Source: Azolla caroliniana
Lineage: Eukaryota; Plantae; Polypodiophyta
DNA: 64,000 bases
Assembly (NCBI GenBank): GCA_043228905.1
Contig: JBHGNT010000017.1
Location: 4,154,001-4,218,000 of the forward strand
Direction: 5' to 3'
How positions within the stretch are numbered: the first letter of the stretch is position 1; every line of letters begins with the position of its first letter. A model generated the notes under the pieces. It was not told the DNA's origin. It did not search any database and saw nothing but the letters and a program-made list of their open reading frames with translations. The translations under genes and the position numbers were made by a program. This document shows, piece by piece, positions 12,552 to 27,800 of the stretch.

Positions 12552-14866
12552 ATGGTGAAAACGAGGACCAATATAAAAGGGAAAACGGTGGCCAATAGCA
12601 GAAAAGATGGTTTCGATCGGTCCAAGAATTGCTCTTTGTTTGTCCCATTCATCTCAACCGTTGATGTCATCCTCTTCATCTTGACCATGTATGTGAATAA
12701 TTGTCCTCAACATTCGGATAATTGTGTTTTGGAATTTCTCCGAAGATTCTCGTTCCAACCCTTGAGAGAGAATCCTCTCCTTGGTCCTTCATCGTCGGTG
12801 TAAGTTGATTCTCTCCTAATCTTTATATCTTAGAATCCGTTGCATGACACATATGGACATTCTTTCTAGCCATTTGGGCGTTGATGGCAAGAGCTATTCT
12901 ATCCCGATTTCTGGGGGACTTTGCATGAATATTGCATTTCATTCCCTTCTCATGGATTTCACTTTGTTTTTGAATCTATTTCGACGTCACCAGACTTATA
13001 GAATACCTGGAGAACACAAATCGTTTTCATCGTTGATGCTTAACATGATGCCGTGACAAGCTTACCTTCCACTCTATTTAGGTCTGCTGAAACACATTGA
13101 GAAGTTCATGTTTTGTTTATGCCCCAAGGTATAGGTGTATAAGAACAGAGACCTATGTGGAGAGATCCCTAATTGGACTAGAGTGACATATCTGTTTCAA
13201 CTATTTGGAGACCGTAAAGTTGTTAGAATAATACACCAATATCGGGCATGCAGTTTAGTAGAATTAATATATGGTGCGACAAATATACATAAAAAATAAG
13301 TATTTGAAGCCACAACCACGCGTTATTCTAATAACTTGCAACTAGGGTGGCCTCATGTATATATAGAATAGAATAGATTGTTTGTCACCCATGACCTATG
13401 AGACCAAATAAACATTTCATCTTGTATGTGACTCCTTCCTAAGAATGGGTGTTACTACTTTGTAGTATAAACTGTCTATGTGAAAATAATGCACACACTC
13501 TTTGAGAACCAAGGCTTATGGGGGTAGTAAGATGAGATGAGATATGTTTTGACATTTTACCTTGTATTGGACCCAACATTGAGGGTTAGCATTTGGAATG
13601 TAATATTCCAAAATTTTGACATTTTTGCCACTTGCCACTTGCCACTTAGTCCTCAGTGCCTCTATTATTCTATCCTCAATGATGACATACTTCATATCAT
13701 CACCTGGGAGCTCCAATAAATCTTTTACTCATCTATTAAACCATTTCATAATGTCAAGCACCCAACCAGGTGAGAGGATTTTGCTCTTATTAGTTTTTTA
13801 TACCTTACACCCTGATGTGGCGTGTTCTTGGACGTTTTTGACATACTTGTAATACTCTTTGCATAACTAGCACCTCTATGGGTTGAACAATTGTTGTAGT
13901 GGCATGGCAATATAGGATGTTTAGGATTTAATTCCCAATTTTCTACCTAAGTACAATTTTTGGAATTTCTCTATTTCATTCCATGTGACTGAATCGATAA
14001 TATTCGGAAAGCAAACTAGAATGTGGTTGAATGCAATCATTGTAGTTTGATAGTGTGCCCGAACTCGTTCAAGGCAAAATATGTATAATCGATGAGAAAC
14101 AGATAGATATCCCTTTTTATGTCCACGGGGAACTGAACTTGTACACTAAAGCGTGCATAGTCAACCACTCATCGCTTGTGCCCCAATGCCTCGTCTCACA
14201 TCGCAATGCATGTGAGATAAGTCGCATGGAAGCAATGGCTCGAATAGAAGCCAATGGAATGGGCTCTAACATGTATCGTTGTGTATGGTTTCCCCGTTCC
14301 GTGAAGAATATGGTTTTGTAATTATGTGCAACATGTGTAATATAATGCATGAAGCGTGAGCCTCCACATTTTTCCCATGTCATGTACATTGGCGTTGCAA
14401 AAAGGCCTCATTTATAGAGGAATCTAGTGATGCATCATGAAGCAAATGTGTTGCATCCAATCGGAACACAATTTTGCTTTTATGCGTCTTTTGGATCTTT
14501 TTGCTTGCTTCCAATGTGATTCTAGGAAGTCGATGTGAGGGACTTTTTTGAACCTTAAGCATGTATTCAACAACCCTTTCCATGGCCATGATCTCAATGG
14601 GAAGTGGTTCTGTCTCAAGGAGGAGGAGGATGTAAGGCGTTCATTTCTTAACTTGTAGAAACTTTGTAAGAAAATGTTTTTGGACATTTTCAAACTCTTT
14701 CCAAGTAAATTTAGGGATGCTACCACCCCATACTTCAACCGCATAGAGAAGCATTGGTGTCACCAAAGTGTCGAAAAGGTATTTCTTGAGGACCCAACAC
14801 TTAATATCTCCACGATTGCATGTGTTCTCAAATGCATAATATGCTCGCTTTCCCGCCTCTAAGCGA

Positions 14867-14926
<60 letters not shown>

Positions 14927-16171
14927 CTACATTAGGTTATTGAAGATGGGTGGGCTATCATCGGTAACAGTTGCTCATGGACATCAGTTTTGGCGGGTAT
15001 TCACTTGCATTTGGCTGCATGCAGGCCTTATTCATCTTTTTGTCAATATACTTAGCTTACTATTTATTGGAATTCGACTTGAACAAGAGTTTGGCTGTGG
15101 TAAGCTGTGAGATACTAGTTCTCTTTGTGATGTTTGCATAGAATAGTTCAGTTTCCTACAATGTGCTGATAGTCTAATCTGTAACATAGAAAAAATAGGC
15201 AGCATATTTTTCCTGTCTGGTATTGGAGGCAGTCTCTTTGCAGAGATGTTTCTTGAACGCCGCGTCGCAGCCGGGGCATCTACTCCATTGTTTGGACTAC
15301 TGGGCGCTATGCTATCAGATCTGATCATCAACTGGTCCATCTATGAAATGAAGGTTTCTTTCTCATATGGAGTAACAAAGCTTAAATCTTTTTATTTGCA
15401 CTCATTTCTAGACACGGTTTGATTAATATATATTTCTTTTTGGATTTTCAGTGTCCATCACTTGCTATATTTGCCTTGCTATCTGCAGGAAATTTCGCAA
15501 TTGGAATCTTTCCATACAATGATAGTATTTCTCACATTGGAGGCTTTATATTTGGGCTATTGTTAGGCTTTGTGCTTCTTATGAGGCCCCAGCATGATTG
15601 GGGCAATAATATCATCCAACGTGGAATTGAACCACAAAGAATATCAAAGTACAGAGCATACCAAATATTTCTTTGGGTTGCAGCCCTTCTCCTCTTAGTT
15701 ATAGGGTAAATATCTGAGTTACCTGATGCAAAACTCTAATGTTCTTTGCAATTAAAGCTTCTCAATAGATCAAGTGTGATTTCTCCATGTTCTTCAATCC
15801 ACAACTGATGTCGCATTGATTGCAGATATTTCATGGATATATTTTTGGTTGTTCGAGGGGTAAGTGCTAATTGCAGCTGGTGTCATTACTTTTCTTGTGT
15901 GCCCTCCTCATGGTGGACTTGCGATGATGATGGTGGTCATGGTAGAGGCAGGGCAATATGTAATGTGAGTAAATGAGTTCCATTGGTTAATTGTTGTTTT
16001 TAAACAGATAATCTGCATTTATTATTTACACTTTTTAAATGCTTGCTGCAGTATGTAATTAGTGGCAATTACATGTATATGAGATGTGAGAGTAACCTAA
16101 GAACACAGTTATACAATGGTATCTTCTCAGGCTCAACCTTGAAGCTTCTATGCTCAAAGCTTTGTAGTTGA
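12552..16171 (+). CDS. Rhomboid-like intramembrane serine protease (plant RBL1/2 type). Exons about 12552-12799, 14936-15099, 15190-15353, 15452-15705, 15826-15964, 16052-16171.
   Basis: [49 protein letters not shown], catalytic GAS, SHIGGF, and a C-terminal [11 protein letters not shown]...LCS. GT-AG junctions keep the frame. Confidence 0.88.
14000..14870 (-). mobile_element. Degenerate RTE/RTEX-like LINE fragment in rhomboid intron 1
   Basis: [18 protein letters not shown] and [12 protein letters not shown] segments typical of the C-terminal part of LINE ORF2. Abuts (GA)n. Confidence 0.7.
14871..14924. repeat. (GA)n microsatellite
   Basis: Pure GA run just upstream of the rhomboid exon 2 acceptor. 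Confidence 0.95.
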
Positions 16172-17425
16172 TTTGGAAGCAAAGGTATAATCCCACTGAA
16201 GGAACCCAAATTGATTTGGTACTCTACTTAACAAGCAATTGGGCCATGTTTCTGGAAAGTTTTCACCTCGAGAAACATTGGATCCGTCCTAAATGCTCAG
16301 CTTGAAATGGCATTGGCCAAAGATATCTTCAGGGTCATAATTCTCCCAGTTTTTTTAATTCTCACGTTTTTGCCTTCATAAAACAGAGGGGATAATGAGA
16401 CCATAAATAAGAACATCCTTCATTTCCATCATTCATAACCTCTTAAAAGATAAAGACTCAAAAGCAACACGTTATGCTGATTGATTATTCATGCATATAC
16501 CTGAGGTGCTGTTGGCATTATTTACTTACCTTTCTTATCCCACCTAACAAATCCACATCCGAAGTTTTCTTGTAAGGAAGACAACAAGCTACTTGTTCGC
16601 CCATATACACGGGGGTGATATTGGCATTATTTATTCACCTTTCTTATCCAATGTAACAAATCCACATTCTACCTTTTTCTCCAAGGAAGACAACAAAGAA
16701 AAATCAATGTTTGACTACAGGGTGCAATTCTTTTGCTGATGGAATTTCTCTGCTGCCCTAAAGCTTGGAAGTTTGTATGCTTTCTACAAGTTTACAGTTG
16801 GAATAGACTTAACGATTGACAGTCTATGCGATGGCTTTGAAACAAATAAAAAAGCATTTATGATGTATTTGGAAAGTGAAAAACATGCAAATAATTTAAA
16901 AGATTGGACATTGAAGGAAGAGGGGCAATACCCATTAGACTAGAGCATGCAAATAGCTTAAAAGATTGGATATTGAGGGAAGAGAGGCAATATATTCTTA
17001 GAGGATGCAAATTTCATACGTCATTGCTGAATGCATCAAACATACATGACGTTGCAATACAAATCATTGCGTGGTTCTAACAATGTTATTGGTAATGGTT
17101 AACCTTAGTCCTTGCATTTAGACAAAGATAATGTAATGGTAATAACCACGAGATTGGAGAATCCCTCACCATTTAACTCTTCAAACCAAAGATAATGAGA
17201 TAATAAAAAATATAATTACAAATGTGACTAGTGTCATGCATGAGGGTCGTAATTAGTGTACTTCTCCCTATTGCGTTTTTTTGTTGCTTGGCTCATCTAG
17301 CCTAGGTTAGAGTCATGTGCACAAAATCTAGTCAAATCCATTGATGTTACATGTGATGTTGTTGAGGAGATAGTGGTAGATGGTTGTATCATATTTGATG
17401 AAATAAACGATGCGATGTCTCAAGC

Positions 17426-17615
17426 ACGATTAGGCAAGGTTGAATAAGTGTGAACTTCCCTATTTCTAATTTTGGGCGATAAGAGGGACAACATTCTCAT
17501 ATAAGTATAAAAGGCACATGACGATTAGGCAAGGTTGAATAAGTGTGAACTTCCCTATTTCTAATTTTGGGCGATAAGAGGGACAACATTCTCAGATAAG
17601 TATAAAAGGCACATG
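17426..17615. repeat. Near-perfect 95-bp tandem duplication
   Basis: ACGATTAGGCAAGGTTGAATAAG...AAAAGGCACATG at 17426-17520 and again at 17521-17615. Confidence 0.9.
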
Positions 17616-18405
17616 AGGAGCCTAATAGAAGCATCTATGGTGATGGAAGGTGAAGATGAGTAGTGAACACGATGCTTTCTTGGTGATATGTTCTCTTTAG
17701 AAGGTGCGGTTGAGGGCAACCATATCAATACCAATAAGAGCATACATGCAAAAGAGTATATGACCATGATTTCTAATCTAGCGGACTTTGCAATCTAGAT
17801 GTGTTGTAAGGCCATATCCTTGTAAGAAGAGAAAAAGCACAAGGTTATGACCAACTCTGATTTGAATCTCCATAAACGATTTCAAGGGTGTCATAATCAA
17901 TGATAAGGCCATGGGATTGCATACGTATCTTTGTGTGAGAGAGCCGGAAACATCATGAACGTGCACTAGCAGTAGCAAAATGCTGCATGAGATAGGGAAA
18001 GAAGAAGAACAAATCTCAACTTCTTGTAGGTCATCTCTTAGGTAGCTCGTCCTCGACTTCTTGTAGGTGTAGGTCATCTCTTAGGCAGCTCGTCGGATGT
18101 CATCTGTAGCTTTGAGTTAAAGATTGGGGGGGGGGGGGGTCTACGGGGGCAAGCCGGAAAAGCATTACGTTCGTGGGTGGGATCCACGGGAGACAAGGCA
18201 AGCTGGGGTGGGTTATGATGATCCTTAATAACAGGTTTCAACGCGGAGGGGTGCACCGTGGATCCCTCCGAGAGGAAATAAAGTCAAAAAGAGGAAGAAG
18301 GTTCTTCAAGGGAGGTCACTTAAAAGAAGAAAAAAAAGGAGAAAGGAGAGAGAAAGAAAAAGGGGCCATGAAAATGAACAGGCAAGACTCATTTGGATAA
18401 TGCAA

Positions 18406-18436
<31 letters not shown>

Positions 18437-18831
18437 CAGCACGTGCTGTTTTCATCCACGTTTTGCTTTTTGCTTTTTGCTTTTGGCGTTTTGCTTTTGC
18501 CTTTTGCCTTTTTTCTCCTTCTCCCTTTTCTGATATTGCCTTTCTGTCTGTCTGTCTGTGTGTGGCTTCAAGCGTAAGGCTCGTGATGCTGACATTGACG
18601 CCCTTCCCTGCCTCACCCTCCTCCTCCTCCTGTTGCCGCAACAGATAAATGCAGCCGATCACAAGCTTCCATTGCTGAATCATCCATCCATCCATCCATC
18701 CATCCATCACTCGCAGAAGACACCACTGATCTTCTTCTTCATCATCTTCTTCTTCTCATCAACGCAGCTCCCCCCTCCCCCTCCTTTTTGAAATCTCTCG
18801 ATTTATGTAGAAACCTTCCATCAGTATAGCT

Positions 18832-21800
18832 ATGGCCTGCTCTCAAGCTCTTAACCTTCGCCATTTTGACAATTCGTCCCAGCAGAAAGCTTTACACGGG
18901 CCTTACTCAGGCCTCCTCCTCCTTGGCTACCCTTCTTTAAGAAGACCTTCTTCTTTTTTATCATCATCATCATCATCATTGTTGTTGAAGCTTCAGGTAA
19001 AGACATATTTGCAAAGATTTGCTGGCAATAAAGTTGGCATAAGAAACAGATCTACTGTTTCCGTGCAAGCGCAGCCATGGGAGAGCTCTGATCAATCCGT
19101 ATCTTCTTCTTCTTCTTCTTCGAATGTTGGTGTGGTTTCGGCATCAGACAACGCAGATTCTTTATCTGTGGTTCTGGACGTGGAAGGGATGATGTGTGGA
19201 GCATGTGTCGCACGTGTCCGAAACATGTTAAAATCTCAACCTAATGTTGAATCTGTGGCCGTGAACATGCTTACAGAGACAGCAGTTATTCGTCTTTCAT
19301 CATCATCTAGTTTCCATGACAGCTTTTCTTCTGCGAATTCGCTCGCTTCTCGCCTCACTGAATGTGGCTTCCCTTCAAAGAAACGGGAAGCAACAGAAGA
19401 TAGAAGGTCTCAAGAGAAAATATTGGATTTGGCCAAAAAACGAGAGATTTCTCTGAGTCGAAGCAATGCTCGTGTGGCTTTTGCTTGGACACTTGTTGCT
19501 CTGTGCTGCGGAACACATGCCACTCATTGGCTACACTCCCTAGGAATCCATTTTGCTGGTCATGGTACGACTATTACTTTTATGCTGGACGATGTCTTAT
19601 GCTAACTATTTGTTAATTAATGTTAGGTATGTCATCAGTCTTAAATACTGCCTTTAACTTTTGGCATTTGGCCTAATATATGATCCTCTGATAGCTATGC
19701 AAAAAAACTTAAAACTACATTTGATATTAGGCCTAGTTAGGCATTTGTTTTTTCTTTGATTAAGGGTATGTCTACCATTCATCGATGGTTTGATCATGTA
19801 AAATTTAGAGCTATCTTCCGTCTCTAGGCATGTTAAAGCATAACAGACATCCATCCATCTATACTTACATCCATGTATCAATGCGTGCATGCATTCGTGC
19901 ATACATACATACACATGTTTCTTATCATATCTCACAGGATTGTTGGATATGTTTCTATCAGGCTCACCAATTGCCTTTCTTCACAATCCGTTCTTCAAGT
20001 GTATGGTTGCTCTGACTACTCTGATTGGTCCAGCTCGGGGTATGTGTCTACTGCACATGTTTTAAAAATGCAAGCTTTTCATAACTGCTAAAAGGAACAA
20101 TAAATTGTTGCAGTTATGTTTAATCCACAAAATTCTTTTGAACTATATTTATGTTTCTCCATACTTATTTACACCTTATGTTTTGTTTTCCTAAGCAATG
20201 ATGACAAATGCTTTCTTTGCTTCAAATCAAGTTTGGTACTACCTGTAAATCACTACAAAAGCTAGAATAACTTTTAATTCGTATTAAATTTTCTGGTTGA
20301 TTAGAACTAGTTGTAGATGGATACAAAGCTTTTTTGAAGAGGTCGCCCAACATGAACACACTTGTGGGTGTTGGTGCAACTGCTGCTTTCTTAATAAGCA
20401 CTGTAAGGTCCATGTTTGGTTGGTTATATTCACTCAAAGTTCTGTCTGCAAATGTTTGTGCCTTTTTGACAGACTTGATATCAAATGAACCTATTAACTT
20501 TATTGTTTTTATGTAGGCTTCACTGGCGAATCCTGGTCTTCATTGGGATGCCTCGTTTTTTGATGAGCCAGTATGTCTTCTTTTGGGTTGTATCACTCTG
20601 CCTATTAAAAATGAAATATCAGATTTAGATTCTTACGATTCTATAAAATTATGGTGAATGTTGCTAAAATATTATGATTAGGTCATGCTTCTTGCTTTTG
20701 TTCTCTTGGGAAGAGCACTTGAAGAGCGAGCAAGAATCCAAGCTTCCAGTGACATGCATGACCTTTTGGTAATCAATTCAAATGGTTATCTAATTGACTA
20801 GAATTTCTCTAGAAAAGTTATCTTATGGTGTTTGTTTCTCGAGAACAGTCTCTTGTACCTCCGGAGTCACGTTTGGTGGTGGAAGAGGATGACGGGACAT
20901 CCCCTCCATCAGGGGAACTTCTTACAGCCCACACCATATCTGTAACTGTACCAACAAGTCAAATACGACCTGGTGATTCTGTACTTGTATTTCCCGGCGA
21001 GACTATTCCTGTGGATGTGAGCTCCAATGCAAATATTCTAATCATCAGATTGATTGTATGCCAATGTATTTTAGTCTTCTTATGGTTTGGCTAAAGTAAC
21101 AGGAAACCTTGTTGTGACAGGGTTCTGTAATTGCTGGAAGGAGTGCAGTAGATGAATCAATGCTTACTGGTGAGCCGATGCCGGTACCAAAGCTTACGGG
21201 TACAACAGTCTCTGCAGGAACAATGAACTGGGTATATAAATCTAGAATGATTATAACGAGGCTAACTCTTTCACATGTTAAAATTTGTCATATATTTGAA
21301 CATCTATAAGGGTACAAGAGTTCAAAATGAAGATGATAGAAGCAAGGGAGTATATAGCTTAGCGGGAGATTGAGAGATTTTGTCCTCCATTGCAAAGGCA
21401 TTTAATGATGACATATATTGCACAGACACAAATCTGATCAAAGATTAGTGCTCATCCATGAGAAGTAAAAATAGAAACATGGCATCAGCATGTAAACAAC
21501 ACATATACCAATACAAATAATTACAAGTTTGAGCTGCAACGTCAAATTGCGTTACAGGGGAGAGTAGTTAGGATTACAATGTTCTCTTTTAAGCTTCTTG
21601 AATGAATTGCATTATGTTCCCAGAAGTTTCTTCCTAAAGAGATGCATTGATTTATTGTGGCTAGGAGGAAAGAAAGATATATTAATGTTTTTTAAGAGAC
21701 CAAAATGGCCTATAAGAACCAAACAAAAGATTAAATCTTTAAATGTTGTCTCGTTTTTGAGAACAACAAACCAAAATAATTTTAACCAAGTAAAAAAGTA

Positions 21801-24800
21801 AATAAAAATAAAGGCGACAAAAGAATCTTGTTACTACACATAAGATTCTCAAATTAGATTGTAATTTCTGTCTTCGAAAGATCTAGATTGGAGGAACCTT
21901 TGAAGTGAGGGAAGCACCTGTGCTGGCGGGAGATAATGGCCTTTTTGTGTCAATGACAAGGGTGGTGAGATCATGTTCCATGAGGCCGGGGCCTATGTGC
22001 ATGACAAATAGCTATTGCCTAATGTATTGTATCCCCTTCGCAATGTCTTGGTCGGGAGCCCACTTGTGTAGTCTTGATTGACTTGTAGCATGAGTAGGAA
22101 TGACGGGGCCAAAGAAAGTTGTGATTGTTCTTTGTTGATGAGCTTTGCATGATTGTATTGTTGTCCAACAATTTCTCCTTGTGTCTCTTGAGTTCTTGCA
22201 AGAATAATCCCAAGCATCGTTGGTCCTCATAGTCCCTTACCAAAGCCTTGATTTACAAGGCAATGGTATCTCCCTCTTATTTCATTAAAAATATTGCAAT
22301 GACAGACATAGAATTCATCAGATTCCATTAGTTCTAAGTTTGATTTCCTTACAAAGCCAGCATTGTCTAGAAATGCCGTATTAATATGTTCAAAAACATA
22401 AATAGATGGACATATGAAAATTGATTATCAATATGGTATGCAGTAATATGCTCAGAAATATGGATGGATGGATGTACGAAAATTGATTACCAATATATTA
22501 TGCAGTAATATGCTCAGAAACATGGTTGGATAGACGTACAAAAATTGGTTACTAATGGTATGCAATAATATGCTCAGAAACATGAATGGCTGGACGTACA
22601 GAAATTGATTACCAAGAAAGGGTTGCAAATTTTGTTGTTGCATGTACAAGGTTCACATTACAGATCTTTTATGCTGGGCCTAAGCCTGCTTTCACTACAA
22701 GGATCCATGAAAGAAAACCAATCTAGAAAAGACTGACTGCATACATGAAGGATGGCATATAAAAGAATTGCATATGCTATGCATAGTGGTAGACAAGCCT
22801 TGTTTTGTATGCATGTGCTATATAAAAAATTTGGGTAGTATATCTTTTTGATCACTATGTTATTGATTATTTGTACTTTGATTTTAAGAATTAAAAATGA
22901 AATGTAGAGATGCTTCCTAGACAGCAGAATTGAATTTGGCTTTTGATGTAATACATATTTTTGTTCTGCAGGAGGGACCAATAAAGGTGAAAGCATCAGC
23001 GATAGGCACAAACTGTGTGGTTTCAGATATCATTCAAATGGTGAACTTTCATGTTTTATATGTTGATATATCCAGATAGCACTTCGATTTTTTTTCTGCT
23101 GTTTTACATGCATTCTTTTTCAATAAAGTGGTCTAGTTTAAATATTATTGTGTTTACTGAGCCATAACTTTTCAGTTAGAATATACTAACCCTGGAAAGT
23201 TCACAATGGTCAATTCGATCATCTAAATAATATGAATTAAGAGAGAGTTAACAGGAGAGAGAGAGTGAGATATTAACGTCTTTTAAGAGGCCAAAATGGC
23301 CTATAAGACCAAACAAGAGATTACATCTTAAGTGTTGTCTCGTCTTTGAGAACAAATCAAAATAAAATAAATATTACTTTGTAAATATAAAAGTAAATAA
23401 GATAAAATGAGACGAGGGAATCTGGTTTTCGGCACATGTGAGATTCTCAAGTTAGATATATTGTAGCTTTTGTATTCGAAAAGATCTCTAGCATGGGTCG
23501 ATTCAGAATGGAAAGGTCTCCGAAGCGAGGGAAGCACCTGCGATGGCGGGAGATAATGGCCTTTATTTGTCGATGACAAGGGTGTTGAGGTCGTGGTCCA
23601 TGGGGCCGGGGCCTACGTGCACGACAAATTGCTATTGCCTGATCAATGGTAACCCCTTTGTTATGTCCTGGTCGGGAGCCCATTTGTGTATCCTTTGATT
23701 GACTTGTAACATTAGGAGTGACGAGGCTAAAGAAAGTTGTGATTGTTCTTTGTGGATGAGTTTGTGTGGCTGTATTCTTCAACAACTTTTCCTGATGTCT
23801 CTGGAGCTCTAGCAAGAAAAGTCCTAGGCACCTTTGGTTCTCATATTCTATTACCTTGCATAGCGGGCTAAAGCCTTGTTTAAAGTGGCAATGGTATCTC
23901 CGTCTGATTTCATAAAAGACAATACAATGACAAACATAGTGTTCTTTGGATTCCACTCTTTGATGACACAGTTGGCAAATTTCTTCTAGAGGTATTTGTG
24001 TATATTTGCCTACCTCAATCTCTGATGTGATGAAGTTCACGGCTGCCCTATCACACTGTGCAACGCATAGGATAGATGTATGTCCATATAAGGTGGCCTG
24101 ATGACAAATCCATCCTCCGATGTGTATGAGAGGTGTGTCTTAGAGAGAGAAAGAAAGAAAGAAAGAAAGAAAGAAATATTAACGTCTTTTAAGAGGCCAA
24201 AATGGCCTATAAGACCAAATAATAGATTACATCTTAAGTGTCGTCTTGTCTTTGAGAACAAATCAAAGTAAAATAAATATTACACAGTAAATATAAAAGT
24301 AAGTAACATGAAAAGAAAATTAATGAGGGAATCTGGTTTTTGGCACATGTGAGATCCTCAAGTTAGGTATATTGTAGCTTTTGTCTTCGAAAAGATCTCT
24401 AGCATAGGTTGATCCAGGATTGAAATGTCTCCGAAGCGAGGGAAGCACCTACAATGGCGGGAGATAATGGCTTTTATCTGTCGATGACAAGGGTGTCGAG
24501 GTCGTGGTCCATGGGGCCGAGGCCTACGTGCACGGCAAATTGCCATTGCCCGATCAATTGTAACCCCTTTGTTATGTCCTGGTCTGAAGCCCATTTGTGT
24601 ATCCTGGGGTTGACTTCTAGCATTGGGAGTGATGGGGCTAAAGAAAGTTGTGTTTATTCTTTGTGGATGAGCTTGTGTGGCTGTATTCTTCAACAACTTT
24701 TCCCGATGTCTCTTGAGCTCTAGCAAGAAAAGTCCTAGGCATCGTTGGTCCTCATATTCCATTACCTTGTGTAGTGGGCCAAAGCCTTGTTTAAAGAGGC

Positions 24801-27800
24801 AATGGTATCTCCCTCTGATTTCATAAAAGACACTACAATGACAAACATAATGTTCTTCAGATTCCACTCCTGATGACACAATTGGCAAATTCTCTCTTCT
24901 AGAGGTAGTCGTGTATATCTACCTACCTCAATCTGTAGCTGATGTGATGAAGTTCGCAACTGCCCTATCACACTACGCAACACATAGGATAGATGTATGT
25001 CCATATAAGGTGGCCTGATGACAAATCCATCCTCCGATGTATGTAAGAAGTGTGTCTTATAGTGGGCCATCTTTGTACCAAGTGGTATTTTGGGGCTGAT
25101 CCATGTTATCTTGTTTTCCAAGTTAATAATATCAGTTCGGATCACTCTATTCTTTTCCACTTTGGTCATATTTAGATGGGGACAGTCCAAGCTATATTGG
25201 AACGGGGGTAGTGCATTTATACTCATGCCATGTGACTCGAACCATTGTTGCATTTCAGCATACCAACAATTAGTGTCTCCATTTTCAGCCAGTTGTTTTG
25301 ATGACATAAGTGCCAACCTTGGGTACCTTCGTTTAGGGAGCTCCCAAAGACGTTGGATATATGTCACTGATCGGAACGCCTCGGTTATTATAGGTTGCAA
25401 GTGCAAGCGCTAGCAAGCTAAGGTTGCAAAGCTAGACGCTCAAGGGTGATTGACAACCAGTCTCACCCTTTCCTACTGTTCAAACCTTACACGATCAACT
25501 TGTTTGAAGATGACATCGAACTACAAGACATCATTGCGACATTATGTGAAACATGGTGGTAAAATAAGATGATTAATGTAATCTTCATTTTGTATATGTA
25601 GAATATATAGATTAAGATGTAGCCCTAATGGTAACATCAGATTTTTAAAAGGCTTTGGTATGGTACAATGGTATTGCATAATATAGCAATCCAAAAGATG
25701 GGCAATATCAAAGTCATGTAATCATTAGAGTAGCCCTTTTCTTCTTTTTCTTTGTATTTATAAGCAAGAGGTATTCATCTCTCATCAAATTTTTAATATA
25801 GACTGACCTAAATATTGACATTATTGAAAGACTCAAATCAATGTTGTGTTTATGAAACAAAGCTTGCCATTATAGAACTTGAAATGAAAGGAATGATTAG
25901 GATAGATGCTGTAGTAACTGTCTCTGTCACATACTTAGATGCAAACAGCAACCACTTTACCCTCCTTGGGATCTGAATGTATTATGTGACAATGAGAAAT
26001 AAATGTGGCTATTAATCTGCATGTGCTTGCTCTGCAGGTAGAAGATGCTCAATCAAGAGAAGCACCAGTTCAAAGGCTGGCAGATTCCATAGCAGGTCCC
26101 TTTGCTTATACAATAATGGCAGCTTCGGCGACAACATTCCTTTTCTGGTACACTAGTTCTTCGGTATTCTGTTTTACTGCTGTTACAATCCCTAAGATTA
26201 TTTTTAACTGAAATGTTTTTCAGGAATTTTTTTGGTGCACATTTTTATCTTAATGATATGAATTTGGAAGGCAGTAGTCTATTTCTAAGCCTCAAGCTTG
26301 CTATAGATGTCCTGGTATGATTGATAAAACCTGATTTCCGCTCAGATTTATTTATCTTTCTGCAGTCCCTTTTGTAGATTAGAGGGGCAATTGTATTCTT
26401 GCAGGTAGTTGCATGCCCTTGTGCATTGGGTCTGGCAACTCCGACTGCAGTTCTGGTTGGGACTTCCATGGGTAGGTTTTCCTGGTAGTGAGCTTGGATG
26501 ATATGCTGTGACTACTATATAGCTAGTTCATATTTTTGTACTGTGCTGTTTTGCATTTTTCGCAGTGCTTGACTTTGTGTTTGTTGCTTAGAGAGTCTAT
26601 TATCACAGATCGGTATATATAATCGTAACTGAGATTATACGAATGCATAAAGCTATCTGAATTTATCGAATAAGACTATCTAATCATGTCTTTAAAGCTA
26701 TAAGTTCAGCCTACCAACAAGAGAAAAAAGGAAAAGTACGCATGCTAGAAAAACATCTGAATCTCTAATTCTCTGAGAGGTGCTATTCTCTGTTCCCCAT
26801 CTGCAATCTATGAGCATGGAATATATCTCCCCAAGAAAATAATAACGGTACTATTTGGTTCTGCACAAAAACATTTATGAGTAGGATAGTACACAACTAA
26901 TTCTTGTGTGCAATGAGATCTAGAAAATAGGAATGCTTCTCCTGTATTTTGTAACCTTTACCTGTGAGCATCCTTTCTTGTATTTTATCTGTTCTCTTTT
27001 ATTCGCTACATACTTCAAAGAACAACTTCAACTTGATCTTTTATTTAATATTTTAATTATTCTTTTAGTTAATATGTCTCTGTTGTAGAGTAATGACGTT
27101 GAGGTGTATTTTCCATAATTTCCACATGTACTTTGGTGACAATAAGGCTGTATATCTCAGGTGCCAAAAGGGGGCTACTACTCCGTGGTGGGGATGTTCT
27201 TGAAAGGCTTGCTGGTGTGAATAAGGTTGTCTTCGATAAGGTCAGTGGGCAACGATACTTCATTTGTTAGATTCATAAGTATATATTTCTTAGAATCACA
27301 GGCAGATAACTTCTTAGATAGAATCAACGGATGACCTATTTACATGCATTCATCCACATAGCTATATAGTTAACACCAAAAGGTTCTATTTTCCAGTATG
27401 TATATGCCATGTGTGTGCATCTTTAATGGTCATTGGACTCAACTTACTTTTGTTACCTTTTAAGAAATAGAATTTTATTTCATAACGATTTCAAATATTT
27501 TTCTTCCTGAGTTGTAGACAGGAACTTTAACTTTAGGTAAGCCGACTGTATCTGCAATTGCCAGTGCTGGCGTTTACACAGATGAGGAAGTTCTGAGTCT
27601 AGCTGCAGCTGTTGAGAGACATACACGTCATCCAATTGCCTCAGCAATAATAAAGGAATCTGACAGAATGAATCTTGATCTTCCGTCTACCACTGGTCAT
27701 TTAACTGAGCCAGGTTATGGCGCTTTGGCTGAGATTGGAGGAAAGATTGTGGCTGTTGGCTTGTTTGACTGGGTATATGAGTGCTGTGAAAGGAAATCTT

